Numbered from the stretch's first letter, positions 10,777-20,647 are shown. The stretch: 64,000 nucleotides of DNA from an uncultured Pseudomonadota bacterium (GCA_963847705.1 CAWKBC010000025.1:1-64000); one strand, 5' to 3'. The notes: generated by a model not told the origin, from the letters alone. A program made the numbers and translations.

Positions 10777-12327
10777 ATGATCGATATCGGGCACACGATC
10801 GGAAACTACAAGGTTACCGCCAAGCTCGGAGAGGGGGGCATGGGGGTGGTGTACCTGGCGGAGCATCCGGTCATCGGGAAGAAGGTCGCCATGAAGGCGA
10901 TCCACCCGGAGCTTTCGAAGAACTCCGACGTCGTCTCGCGCTTCATCACCGAGGCCAAGGCGGTCAATCAGATCGGGCACGAGCACATCGTGGACATCGC
11001 TGACTTCGGCAACACGCCGGAGGGCGAGTTCTACTTCGTGATGGAGTACTTGCAGGGCGAGTCGCTCTCCGACCGCCTCAAGCGCGAGAAGCGGATTCCC
11101 CTGGGACAGGCGATGTCGATCGGCGCGCAGATCGCCGACGCGCTCAACGCCTCGCACCAGCAGGGGATCATCCACCGCGACCTCAAGCCCGAGAACATCT
11201 TTCTCTGCCACCGCGGCGCCAACCGCGAGTTCGTCAAGGTGCTCGATTTCGGGTTGGCCAAGCTGACACAGAACGATCAGAAGGTGACACACAAGACCCG
11301 CACCGGCTCGGTGATGGGCACGCCCTACTACATGTCCCCCGAGCAGTGCGAGGGGAAGACGGAGATCGACTACCGCGCCGACATCTACTCGCTCGGCGTG
11401 CTGATCTTCGAGATGCTGACCGGCAAGGTTCCCTTCGGCGGCGAGGGCTACGGCGAGATCATCGTCAAGCACGTGACGATGCCGCCGCCATCGGTGCGCA
11501 GCGTCGTCCCCGAGCTGCCCGAGTTCATGGACCCGATCATGTATCGGGTGCTGGCCAAGGATCGCGACCAGCGGTTCCAGACCATGGCCGACCTGCGCGA
11601 GGCGCTGCTCGACCCCGAGCGCTACGCCAGCTCCGCCCCCGAGCTCAGCATCCCTGACGATCTCTCCGGCATCGCCCGCGCCGCAGCCCCGATGGCGCGC
11701 GCCGAGCTGGAGCTGCGCTCGGCGCTCGGGCACCCCTCGCAGATCCTCACCCCGCCACCGCCGGGCGGGACACCGTCGGGCCGCGGCGAGCTGATCGAGA
11801 ACATCGACAACTTGATCCGCACCCGCTCGGGGAGCCGCCTGGTCCTGCTGCTGGGGCTGGGATCGGCGGCCGTGGCGCTGTTCGCGGTGTTCGGGCGCCA
11901 CGACACCCGCCGCCCCCTGCCGGTCGCGAGCATGCCGCTCCACCCGGCGACCGTGCGCGTGAACTTCAACTCCGATCCGGACGGCGCCGTGGTGGTCCGC
12001 CCCGACGGAAAGACGCTGGGCCTCACGCCCCTGTCAATCGAGATCGCCTACAGCGACTCGGCGGTCGAGTTCCAGTTCAAGAAGCAGGGCTACGAGCCCA
12101 AGACGATGTACGTCGTCCCCAACCTCCCCTCACCGCTGTTCGCGACGTTGCGGCGCGCAGACATCGAACCGGCGGCGACCGAGGGCGCTGGCGGGTCGAC
12201 CGGCGCGCCGGCACCGGCGCCGTCCCATTCGCGCCGCTCGCGCGCGGCGGCGGCCGCCGCCCAGGCTCAGCAACAGCATCCCCCGAAGGACGACGAAGAC
12301 GGCGTCCTCGAGCCCAGCATCAGGTAG
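10777..12327 (+). CDS. Membrane Ser/Thr protein kinase with PEGA-like extracytoplasmic domain
   Basis: GEGGMG, VAMK, HRDLKPEN, DFG, YMSPE; TM segment; SDPDGA..LGLTPL..KKQGY. Confidence 0.95.
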   Translation: MIDIGHTIGNYKVTAKLGEGGMGVVYLAEHPVIGKKVAMKAIHPELSKNSDVVSRFITEAKAVNQIGHEHIVDIADFGNTPEGEFYFVMEYLQGESLSDRLKREKRIPLGQAMSIGAQIADALNASHQQGIIHRDLKPENIFLCHRGANREFVKVLDFGLAKLTQNDQKVTHKTRTGSVMGTPYYMSPEQCEGKTEIDYRADIYSLGVLIFEMLTGKVPFGGEGYGEIIVKHVTMPPPSVRSVVPELPEFMDPIMYRVLAKDRDQRFQTMADLREALLDPERYASSAPELSIPDDLSGIARAAAPMARAELELRSALGHPSQILTPPPPGGTPSGRGELIENIDNLIRTRSGSRLVLLLGLGSAAVALFAVFGRHDTRRPLPVASMPLHPATVRVNFNSDPDGAVVVRPDGKTLGLTPLSIEIAYSDSAVEFQFKKQGYEPKTMYVVPNLPSPLFATLRRADIEPAATEGAGGSTGAPAPAPSHSRRSRAAAAAAQAQQQHPPKDDEDGVLEPSIR

Positions 12328-12333
12328 CCCGCT

Positions 12334-12585
12334 GTGCGGACGGCGGTGCGCTGGGGCTGTGTGTTGGCTCTGTTGACCGTGGGCGCCTGCGACGAGCTGA
12401 TTCCGAGCATTCCGGGAGTGGAGGTGTGCACCACCGGCTGCTTCTGTGGAAGCCCGAGCGAATCTGACTGCGCCGCGGAGGAGTGCGAGCGGGTCTACAC
12501 GCGGCAGTCCGACGGATCACTCAAGTACGACCACTGTGCCAACGGACCAAACAGCAGCTTCGTCCTGGACGGCGGATCACAGTAA
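12334..12585 (+). CDS. Small Cys-rich lipoprotein
   Basis: Signal peptide with lipobox VGAC, six further Cys; starts 6 nt after the kinase stop. Confidence 0.55.
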   Translation: MRTAVRWGCVLALLTVGACDELIPSIPGVEVCTTGCFCGSPSESDCAAEECERVYTRQSDGSLKYDHCANGPNSSFVLDGGSQ

Positions 12586-12642
12586 ACGGGCGCCTCGGAC
12601 GGGCGCCCCGGAGCGAACGCCCGCGCGCGCCGTCGACCGCCT

Positions 12643-13563
12643 TCAGGCGCAGACGCGGTTGCGCCCGCTGGCCTTGGCCTCGTAGAGCCGCTCGTCCGCG
12701 CGCTTGATGATGGCCGCGCCCTCGGTGAGCTCGGCGTCGACGGTGGCGATCCCCATCGAGATGGTGACGGGGATGCGCACGTTCTCGAACTTGAAGTCCG
12801 TCTTCTCCACGATCTGGCGGATCTTCTCGGCGAACGGCAGGCAGCTGCCGCCGTCGATCTCGGGGAGCACGATGGAGAACTCCTCACCGCCGTAACGGGC
12901 GAAGCAGTCCTCGCGACGAATCTTGGCGCGCACCGTCTGCGCCAGGTGCTTGAGCACGTAGTCGCCCGCCAGGTGGCCGTAGCCGTCGTTCACTTTCTTG
13001 AAGTGGTCGATGTCGAACATCACCAGCGAGAGCGGGCGGCGGTAGCGATGCGCGCGCGCGACCTCGCGCTCCAGCGTGTCCAGGAAGTAGCGCTTGTTGA
13101 AGATCTGCGTGAGGCCGTCGACCGTGGTGAGGCGATAGATCTCCTCGTGGTAGGCGTTCTCGATGTTGCCGCCGGTGAGGAACTTGAAGATCGTTCGGCC
13201 GATCTTGATCAGGTCGCCGTCGCGCATGACGTATTCGTCGACGGGCTCGTCGTTGACGTAGGTCCCGTTGGTCGAGCCGAGATCGCGCACCAGGATCGAT
13301 TTGCCGGTATTCACAATCTTCGAGTGATTGCGCGAGATCGACTCTTGGTCGATCTGGATGTCGCACTTCGAGGAGCGGCCAATGATCATCGACGCCGCGT
13401 TGAGGTTGTATTTCTTCCCCAGCTCGGAGCCGTAGATCACCACCAGACACGCTTCATTGCCGGCTGGCCGCTCGGTGATGCGGCTGATGCTGGTGACGAC
13501 CGTCTTCGCTCGGACGTGGTCCGATTCGGAGGTGTCGTTGGGATCTCGGGGATGGCGCGCCAC
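12643..13563 (-). CDS. FHA-domain diguanylate cyclase
   Basis: FHA motifs [19 protein letters not shown]; GGDEF domain with [10 protein letters not shown] and RYGGEEF; I-site RRED. Confidence 0.95.
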   Translation of the reverse strand: MARHPRDPNDTSESDHVRAKTVVTSISRITERPAGNEACLVVIYGSELGKKYNLNAASMIIGRSSKCDIQIDQESISRNHSKIVNTGKSILVRDLGSTNGTYVNDEPVDEYVMRDGDLIKIGRTIFKFLTGGNIENAYHEEIYRLTTVDGLTQIFNKRYFLDTLEREVARAHRYRRPLSLVMFDIDHFKKVNDGYGHLAGDYVLKHLAQTVRAKIRREDCFARYGGEEFSIVLPEIDGGSCLPFAEKIRQIVEKTDFKFENVRIPVTISMGIATVDAELTEGAAIIKRADERLYEAKASGRNRVCA

Positions 13564-13620
13564 GGGGTCCGGCGAAGCAGGCTAGGTCAAAGCCACGAAG
13601 GCGGCAAGGGGAGGATAATT

Positions 13621-13652
13621 TGACACCTATACCTACATGTAAGACGGTGTCA
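13621..13652. promoter_or_regulatory. Inverted repeat, candidate operator between divergent genes
   Basis: TGACACC-N18-GGTGTCA enclosing the palindrome TACATGTA. Confidence 0.45.
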
Positions 13653-13654
13653 TT

Positions 13655-14830
13655 ATGGCACATACCCACCGGATCGCAACGGTCGCCGCGCTTCTTTTCG
13701 TTTCGTTGCCCGCCCGGGGCCAGTCCCCCTCTCTCAAGCCCGATTCGATCCGGCTCGTCGGACACCATTACGTGGCCGATCTCACCGACGGAGGGCACGC
13801 CGAGCTGACGCTGGATCCGCGGCTGCAGACCAGCACGGACGACGTTCTGCGCACCTTCCAGATCCCCTACGCGGGCGCCGTCGTCATCTCGATCCCCGAC
13901 GGCCGCGTGCTGGCGATGGTCGGACGCTCGGCCGCCGATCCGCGGCTCGGCCCGGCCGAGCTGGCGCTGCACCCGTGGGCCCCCTCAGCGTCGGTGTTCA
14001 AGGTCGTCTCCGCGACGGCGCTCGTCGAGAGCGGCGTTTCGGGCGCGACGCGGATCTGCTACCACGGCGGCGTCTCGTCGATCCTGCCCGACAACCTGAT
14101 CGACATCCCGGCCATCGACCGCAGCTGCGCCACGCTGGCGTACGGGATCGGCAAGTCGCAGAACGCCATCGTCGCCAAGCTGGTCACCACCCATCTGACC
14201 GCCGCCGATCTGGCCCGTGAAGGGCGCAGCTTCGGCTTCGGCGAGGCGATCCCGTTCGAGCTCGCGATCGAGCCGTCGCACCTCGATGTGCCGGCGAACA
14301 ACAAGCTGGAGATGGCGCGCGCCTCGGCCGGCTTCTGGCACTCGACGCTGTCGCCCATGCACGGCGCGCTCGTGGCCGCGACGATCGCCAACGCCGGCGA
14401 AATGCCCGCTCCCACCCTGATCGAGCGCGCCGTCGACGGAGAGGGCCAGCTCGAACAGCTGCCGGTCGCCGCGCCCCGTCACGTCGCCGCCAGCGCCGCC
14501 GCCTCCGAGGTGGGACGGATGATGGAGCTGACCACCCGGATCGGCACCGCCAAGGGGACGTTTCGCAACAAGCGCGGCCAGCGCTACCTGCCCATCGAGG
14601 TCGCCGGCAAGACGGGGACGCTGAACGCCGAAACCGACCACGGCCCCCTCGGCTACAGCTGGTTCGTCGGCTACGCGCCGGCCGATCACCCCACCATCGC
14701 TTTCGCCGTGGTGCTGGGGAATGCCCCCAACTGGCGCATCAAGGCCACCTACGTCGGCCGCCACATCGTGACCGAGTACCTGAACGAGAAGAACGAGCGC
14801 GCGGGGACCCACCTGGTTGCGGCGCGCTAG
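13655..14830 (+). CDS. Penicillin-binding protein, transpeptidase domain only
   Basis: SxxK (SVFK), SxN (SQN) and KTG motifs; N-terminal signal peptide. Confidence 0.9.
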   Translation: MAHTHRIATVAALLFVSLPARGQSPSLKPDSIRLVGHHYVADLTDGGHAELTLDPRLQTSTDDVLRTFQIPYAGAVVISIPDGRVLAMVGRSAADPRLGPAELALHPWAPSASVFKVVSATALVESGVSGATRICYHGGVSSILPDNLIDIPAIDRSCATLAYGIGKSQNAIVAKLVTTHLTAADLAREGRSFGFGEAIPFELAIEPSHLDVPANNKLEMARASAGFWHSTLSPMHGALVAATIANAGEMPAPTLIERAVDGEGQLEQLPVAAPRHVAASAAASEVGRMMELTTRIGTAKGTFRNKRGQRYLPIEVAGKTGTLNAETDHGPLGYSWFVGYAPADHPTIAFAVVLGNAPNWRIKATYVGRHIVTEYLNEKNERAGTHLVAAR

Positions 14831-14909
14831 GGTGCCTGCGGGCGACGCGCCGTCGGGCCACGTCGTCGTCCACCACGCTCACCATCGCCTTGCAGCGACG
14901 CCCTCCTGG
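14827..14909 (+). repeat. CTAG-bounded two-hairpin dispersed repeat, copy C (diverged)
   Basis: CTAG-GGTGCCTGCGGGCGAC...CCGTCGGGC...GCTCACCATCGCCTTGCAGCGACGCCCTC-CTGG. Confidence 0.75.
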
Positions 14910-15001
14910 CCTTTTTGGGCTGATTCCCGACGGGGTCTTGTGGCCGGTGACCGTCGGCGTATAAACTGAGCGGCGCTTTCGAAAGGCCCTCCGCCCGCAG
15001 C

Positions 15002-16492
15002 ATGCAGCTTTACGAATGGCTTTCGAGCGTCGCCTCGAACCGGAGCAGTGAAAAGGCTCTGGTCTATCGGGACACGTATCTCTCCTGGCGGGGCCTCCTC
15101 CACCGGGTCGACCGGCGCGCGCAGGAGCTGCACGCGCTGGGGATCGCGCCGGGCGCCTGGGTCGGGCTGATGCTCGGCAACGTCCCCGACTTCGTCATCC
15201 TGGCGCTGGCGCTGTCGAAGATCGAGGCGGTGATCGTGCCGCTCGATCCGACCACCGGGAACCGCGAGCTGGAGATGGTGCTGGAGGCGGCGCCGCTGCG
15301 CGCGCTCATCACCCGGCCGCGCGGCGGCGAAGGGGGACAGGTGGCCGCCGGGCTCCCCTACTACGCCGGCGCGGTCCTCCCGCGGCCGCCCGCGGGACCG
15401 CCCTCGAAGTTCATCCCCGAATCGCGGCGAAGGCTGCAAGGAACCCTCCTCACCTGCGGGCTCTACAAGCGGACGACGCTCACCAACCTGACGCCGGGAC
15501 CGGGGGGCCCGGAGGTCGTGCAGCTCACCGCCAGCGTGGGCGGCGACCCCAAGGGGGTGGTCAAGACGTCGGCCAACCTCGAGGCCTCGGCCGAGGCGAT
15601 CCGCAAGACGCTCGACGCCACCGCCGCCGATCGCATCCTCTGCTCGCTGCCGCTGCACGGGAGCTACGGCTTCGACTTCGGCCTGCTGACCTCGCTGGCC
15701 ACCGGCGCCACGCTGTTCCTCGAAGACGAGGTGGCGCCCAAGAGAATTGCCAAGCTGCTGCGCGAGCAGCGGATCGATCTGTTCGCCGGGACGCCCGCTC
15801 TCTTCGGATCGCTGGTGCGGGTCCCCACGGTGAAGCCGCTCAAGAACGGCGACGCGCGCTTCCTGAGCTCCGGCTCGGCGCTGCCGGCGAGCATCGCGGA
15901 CGCCTTCCAGGAGCGGTTCGGGGTGCGGTTGCTCTCCTGCTACCACAGCACGCAAGCCGGGCCGCTGGCGATCGACCGCAGCGGAAAGGACCCCGAGAGC
16001 GTCGGACGCTCGTTCGAGGGCGTCGAGCTGCGCGTCGCCGGCCCGAAGGGCGATCGGCTCTCCGCCCACGAGGCGGGGCCGATCTGGGTCCGCTCGCGGG
16101 CGCTGTCGACGGTCTCGGTGCCGAAGATCCATCTGCCCAAGCGCAGCGACGGCATTCCGATCGGCGGCGTCGACGACGGCTGGCTGCGCACCGGTGACCT
16201 CGGTCAGCAAGACAAAGCGGGGCGAATGGTGATCACCGGCCGCGAAGACGACCTGGTCAAGGTCGACGGCAAACGCCTGGCGCTCGGCGAGGTCGAGGGG
16301 TGCCTGGAGGCGTTCCCCAAGGTGAAGGCGGCGCAGGCACGCGTCATCACCGACGATCTGGGCGGCCCGATGGTGGTGGCGCGGGTCGTGCGCGCCGGCG
16401 TCTGCCGCGCCGAGGACATCATCGATCACTGCGCCCGCAACCTGGCGCCCTACAAGGTTCCGCGCCAGATCGAGTTCTGCGAAGTCATTTGA
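15002..16492 (+). CDS. Class I adenylate-forming (acyl-CoA ligase-like) protein with degenerate motifs
   Basis: LTASVGGDPKGV, LPLHGSYG, GWLRTGDLG, GREDD, LAPYKVPR. Confidence 0.85.
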   Translation: MQLYEWLSSVASNRSSEKALVYRDTYLSWRGLLHRVDRRAQELHALGIAPGAWVGLMLGNVPDFVILALALSKIEAVIVPLDPTTGNRELEMVLEAAPLRALITRPRGGEGGQVAAGLPYYAGAVLPRPPAGPPSKFIPESRRRLQGTLLTCGLYKRTTLTNLTPGPGGPEVVQLTASVGGDPKGVVKTSANLEASAEAIRKTLDATAADRILCSLPLHGSYGFDFGLLTSLATGATLFLEDEVAPKRIAKLLREQRIDLFAGTPALFGSLVRVPTVKPLKNGDARFLSSGSALPASIADAFQERFGVRLLSCYHSTQAGPLAIDRSGKDPESVGRSFEGVELRVAGPKGDRLSAHEAGPIWVRSRALSTVSVPKIHLPKRSDGIPIGGVDDGWLRTGDLGQQDKAGRMVITGREDDLVKVDGKRLALGEVEGCLEAFPKVKAAQARVITDDLGGPMVVARVVRAGVCRAEDIIDHCARNLAPYKVPRQIEFCEVI

Positions 16493-16522
16493 TCCGGTTT
16501 TCGGTCAAGAGCTGCTGCGTGG

Positions 16523-16635
16523 GAGCGGGGCCGGACGGGGCGGCGCGGCCGGCGGACCAGTTGAGCGCGAGTCAAGCGGCGAGCTTCACGGTCGCGAACA
16601 TCCTGGCGGGCTGGACGCCGAGCTACAGCCAGTAG
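16523..16635 (+). pseudogene. Probable 3' remnant of a pectinesterase (CE8)-like gene
   Basis: Reads ...QLSASQAASFTVANILAGWTPSYSQ*, resembling the recalled pectin methylesterase C-terminus; no start codon; directly upstream of a GH28 gene. Confidence 0.5.
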
Positions 16636-16678
16636 CTCCTTTTGGTGATCGATTCGCTCGCCAGGCGCATCTATCGCC

Positions 16679-18361
16679 ATGCCGATGCGCGCCCTGGTGG
16701 TGGCCGCAGCCCTCGCCGGACTCGCCGGGTTGGCCTGCGCCAGTGGCTCTGGAGATGCGACCCAGGATTCGGGGGACAGCTCCGGGACAGGCGGGAGCAA
16801 CGCCGGAAAGGGCGGCGGCACCGGCACGGGCGGGACCGCTCCCAGCTCGGGTGGGACGACCGGCACGACCGGCTCCGGGGGGAGCGGCGCGGCGGGCAAG
16901 GCCGGCAGCGGGGGGACGACCGGGACCGGTGGAACCGGCACGGGCGGCACGGCTGGCACGGGCGGAGCGGCAACGGGCGCAGCGGGCGCGACAGGGCGCG
17001 GCGGGGGTGCGGGAGGCGGCTCGGGGAACAGCGGTGCGGCGGGCCAAAGCGGCACGGGCGGAACGGCCAGCGGCGGCAGTTCCGGGGCGGCGGGGCACGG
17101 CACAGGCGGCGGCACGAGCACCGGTGGCGCCACCGGGGCCGCGGGCTCCGGCCCCAACGATCCTTGCAGCGCCAGCAACGCCGCCGTTCCATTGCCGACC
17201 ATCGGCTCGGGAACATTCAACGTGACGACCTACGGGGCCGTGGGCGACGGCAAGACCGACAACACCACGGCGATCCAGGCCGCGCTGACGGCAGCAGGGG
17301 CGGCCGGCGGTGGCACGGTCACCATCCCGTCCGGGACTTTTCTCTCGGGCCCGGTCGTCATCAGCAGCGGCACGCGCCTCGATCTGGCGTCGGGCGCTGT
17401 GCTCAAGATGTTGCCGATGGCGAGCTACCCGACGAGCGGGGTCGCCTTCATCACGTCCACCGGGACCAGCCACGACATCGCGCTCACCGGCACGGGGACG
17501 ATCGACGGTCAGGGTCAAGACTGGTGGGACGCCTTCGCCAACGGCTCGACGGCCGCGCGCCCCCAGGAGGTCAGCCTGGGCAAGGTGACGCGCGTCCAGA
17601 TCAGCGGCATCCGCCTGCAAAACTCGCCCGAGGAGCACATCTGGGTGAAGGGCGACACCGACGTGACGATCACCGGCATCACCATCGCCACGCCGGGGAC
17701 GTCGGGGAAGTCGCCGCCCAAGAACACCGACGGCGTCGACGTCAGCGCCACCGGGATGTACTTCTGCAACAACAACATCGTCGCCGGCGACGACAACATC
17801 GCCATGGGGGGCACCAACCTCTACCTCGGCCACTCGAGCTTCGGCGTCGGCCACGGCTGCTCGATCGGCAGCATCACCGAGAACGGTGTCTCCGGGGTGA
17901 CCGTCGACCACCTGACCTTCGACGGGACCACGTCGGGCATCCGGATGAAATCGGCGCGCGACCGCGGCGGCACGGTGCAGAACCTGACCTACAGCAACAT
18001 CACCATGACCAACGTGCAGAACCCCATCTTCATCACCTCTTACTACCCCACCCTGCCGACCGATCCGTCGGCCGACACGGCGATGGCGGTCACCGCGACC
18101 ACGCCGATCTGGAAGAACATCACGATCAAGAACGTGACCGTCACCGGCTCGACCAACGCCGGCATCCTCTGGGGTCTACCGGAAGAGAAGATCGCGACCG
18201 TCGTGTTCGACAACGTGAAGATCCAGGCCACCACCGGCATGGAGATCTTCCACGCCACCGGGGTCTCGTTCACCAACGGCTCCAGCGTCACGCCCAAGTC
18301 GGGCGCCGCCGTGACGACCTACGACGCCGCAGTGTCCGGCATCACCACCACGGCCTTTTGA
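16679..18361 (+). CDS. Secreted GH28 polygalacturonase with Gly/Thr-rich linker
   Basis: Signal/lipobox GLAC, YGAVGDGKTDNT, GH28 motifs NTDG, GDD, GHGCSIGS, RMK. Confidence 0.93.
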   Translation: MPMRALVVAAALAGLAGLACASGSGDATQDSGDSSGTGGSNAGKGGGTGTGGTAPSSGGTTGTTGSGGSGAAGKAGSGGTTGTGGTGTGGTAGTGGAATGAAGATGRGGGAGGGSGNSGAAGQSGTGGTASGGSSGAAGHGTGGGTSTGGATGAAGSGPNDPCSASNAAVPLPTIGSGTFNVTTYGAVGDGKTDNTTAIQAALTAAGAAGGGTVTIPSGTFLSGPVVISSGTRLDLASGAVLKMLPMASYPTSGVAFITSTGTSHDIALTGTGTIDGQGQDWWDAFANGSTAARPQEVSLGKVTRVQISGIRLQNSPEEHIWVKGDTDVTITGITIATPGTSGKSPPKNTDGVDVSATGMYFCNNNIVAGDDNIAMGGTNLYLGHSSFGVGHGCSIGSITENGVSGVTVDHLTFDGTTSGIRMKSARDRGGTVQNLTYSNITMTNVQNPIFITSYYPTLPTDPSADTAMAVTATTPIWKNITIKNVTVTGSTNAGILWGLPEEKIATVVFDNVKIQATTGMEIFHATGVSFTNGSSVTPKSGAAVTTYDAAVSGITTTAF

Positions 18362-18439
18362 TCTGGTCGGGACCCCAACGGGGTCCTGCGTCCCCCGCGG
18401 CGAGCTCGCGGCGGCGACGCCGGCGCGCCCTCAGGCGAT

Positions 18440-18784
18440 CTAATCCAGCAGCTCGCGGAGCCTGGCGTTGACGACGGTTCGGCTGCCGGGCGGCAGGTCG
18501 ACCTCCTGGAAGAACGAGAAGTAACCGGGGTGCCGGATCTCGATCCGGTGGAAGCCGGCGCGGATCTGGTGCCCTTCGCTCTTCCACTCCTTGGCGCTCC
18601 CGGCCAGCAGATCGTCGATCCAGACGGTGGCGTCGGGCACGTTGCACTCGACGCGAACGCCGACCGCCCCGGAGCTCAGCGTGTGGGCGCACCCGCCGAG
18701 CGCGGAGGCGCCCAGCAGGAACGCCACGAGGAACAGGGCGCGAAGCGAACGATACGGACGAAGCAACCGACTGAATCTGGTCAT
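18440..18784 (-). CDS. PEGA-domain lipoprotein
   Basis: Lipobox LGGC; VECNVPDATVWID...GFHRIEIRHPGY; ATGA overlap with the upstream gene. Confidence 0.8.
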   Translation of the reverse strand: MTRFSRLLRPYRSLRALFLVAFLLGASALGGCAHTLSSGAVGVRVECNVPDATVWIDDLLAGSAKEWKSEGHQIRAGFHRIEIRHPGYFSFFQEVDLPPGSRTVVNARLRELLD

Positions 18785-19941
18785 GGATTGTTCCCGGTCT
18801 CCGGGGCTGCCGGGGCGCGCAAGCGGGCGCGCAGCTTGATGACGGCGCCCGAGGTCTGCACGTCGCTCAAGCTGATCATCGCGTCGGCGTCGCGCGAGAG
18901 GGCCGTGGCCAGGAGGGCGGGGCCCGAGCGCGTGCGCGCCCAGATCTCGGCGCGGCCACCGCCGACCCGCACCAGGTCGGCGGCCGAGACCGCCCCCACC
19001 GAGCGGACGGTCTTGAGCAGCGCGGGAACCGCCCCCGGCTCGACGACGTCAGCGTCGATGGTGAGGAGCGGCAGATCGGCCGACGGTGCCGCGGCCGCGG
19101 TCAGCGCCGAGGCGGTCTCGGTCGCCAACGCGGTGGCAAGACGGCCGAGGCAATCGGTGCGACCGGCGTCCACGGCCTCGGCGAACGCCCGGGCGGCTGC
19201 CGTGCGGTCCGGGAGCGAGACGCCGGTGAACCGCGCCGTCGCCCGGCAGGCCACCGAGAGGCGGCCGGTGCCGCGCAAGGCGCCCTCGTCGACGGTCTCG
19301 ACAGTCACCGTGGCGGCGGCGGACGCAGGCGCCCTGGCGAGGGGATCCCCGGCCCTTGCGCGCAGGCCAGCCGACGACAGCGCCGCGACCATGTTCGCCA
19401 CGAACACCGGAGGGGTCCGATCGCCCGGCAGCACGACGATGGCGGGCGCCGCGGCGCGGGGCGCCACGGACGCCGCGGGCGGCGCGGCCCCGCGGTCGAT
19501 CCTGCTCTGGATGGCGGACCGGTCGACCTCGACCTGCACGCGCATCGTGTAGACACCGTTCACCTCCCCCTCCTCCAGCGTCCGGTAACGTCCGATGAAG
19601 CTGTGCGCCTTGGCTTCGATGGCGCGGAGCGTCTTCCCCTGCGCCGCTCGCGCCTGCGGGTCGACGACGAGCTCGTTGATGATCAGGTCGACGGCCTGCC
19701 GGAGGGCGTCCTCGAGCGCCCGCTCGCGCGCGCCGGCGGCGTTTCCACCCACGACCGGCGCCTGGCCGGTGGTGACGCGCGCGTTGGGCGAGCTCGGCTC
19801 GCCCAACGGTTCGCCGACCCCGGGCGGAGGCGGGGCAGCGACCGGCGCGGCGGGCGCCGCCGCCTGGGCCGAGGCGATGGCCGAAAGCGCGAACGCCAGG
19901 CCGAGCGCGCCCAACCACGAGATGCCGAACTGCCTCTTCAC
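18781..19941 (-). CDS. Secreted protein with FlgT N-terminal-like domain
   Basis: GTG start at 19941, signal peptide, GQAPV..ARERALEDALRQAVD...YTMRVQVEVD. Confidence 0.65.
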   Translation of the reverse strand: MKRQFGISWLGALGLAFALSAIASAQAAAPAAPVAAPPPPGVGEPLGEPSSPNARVTTGQAPVVGGNAAGARERALEDALRQAVDLIINELVVDPQARAAQGKTLRAIEAKAHSFIGRYRTLEEGEVNGVYTMRVQVEVDRSAIQSRIDRGAAPPAASVAPRAAAPAIVVLPGDRTPPVFVANMVAALSSAGLRARAGDPLARAPASAAATVTVETVDEGALRGTGRLSVACRATARFTGVSLPDRTAAARAFAEAVDAGRTDCLGRLATALATETASALTAAAAPSADLPLLTIDADVVEPGAVPALLKTVRSVGAVSAADLVRVGGGRAEIWARTRSGPALLATALSRDADAMISLSDVQTSGAVIKLRARLRAPAAPETGNNP

Positions 19942-20647
19942 CGCAGCACCTTCTGAACGTAGACCACCGCGACGCCCCGGGCGAGCTTTGCGGCCAGATC
20001 GGCCCCGCCGTCGAGCATCAGCCGGCCCGAACGGTCCATGCGGGCGGCGCGCGCGCCGGCGTCGGCGGGGGGGAGCCGACCCGATAGGTCGCCGCCCCCA
20101 GGGAGATCTCCTGACCACCGACCACGGCCCTCGGCGTCGCCACCAGGCGAGCCTCACGAACGGCCAGCGCCGTGGTCGGCGCGCCGGGATCCTCGAGCCA
20201 GTCGGCAAACCCGACCTCCATCCGGACCACCGCCCCGCCGTTCGACTGGTACTGCACGTCGGCGGTGCGCGCCCGGTTGAGCGCGCGGTCGATCCGATCG
20301 GGGTCGAGCCTGTGCCCGCCCCCCGTCGGGAGCCCCCCGAGCGCGTTCCGAAGCTTGGCCGTGGCCGCCGCACGCGCCCGCCGCTCGGCGCCGGGGCGCG
20401 CCAGGTCGACGCTGGGCATCCGCAGGTCGGCGGCCGCCCCCCCGGAGGCCGAGAGCGTCCCGGCGCGCCAGTCGACGGTCACACCCTCGTGCGTGTCGAT
20501 CAGATCGGCGGAAAGGGGCGACGGCGACGGCGATGGCGACGGCGAGGAAGGCTCCGCCGCGGCGACCGCCCCGAGGGCGATCGACGCGAAGACCAGCGCT
20601 GCCCTACTCCCACTCGATCGTCGCGGGGGGCTTCGACGAGATGTCAT
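19938..20647 (-). CDS. Secreted LPP20-like hypothetical protein (frameshift in 7-G run at 20067-20073)
   Basis: [14 protein letters not shown]...[13 protein letters not shown]. Adding one base to the run gives ...[11 protein letters not shown], whose TGA overlaps the next GTG. Confidence 0.6.

Noticed and set aside
12586-12610. GGGCGCC/GGCGCCC hairpin similar to hairpin 1 of the repeat family
   Set aside because: Lacks CTAG, the linker and hairpin 2; more likely an ordinary hairpin between convergent genes.
16780-17150. GGC/ACC-rich repeats here and at 40100-40460
   Set aside because: Coding Gly/Thr linkers typical of these secreted proteins.
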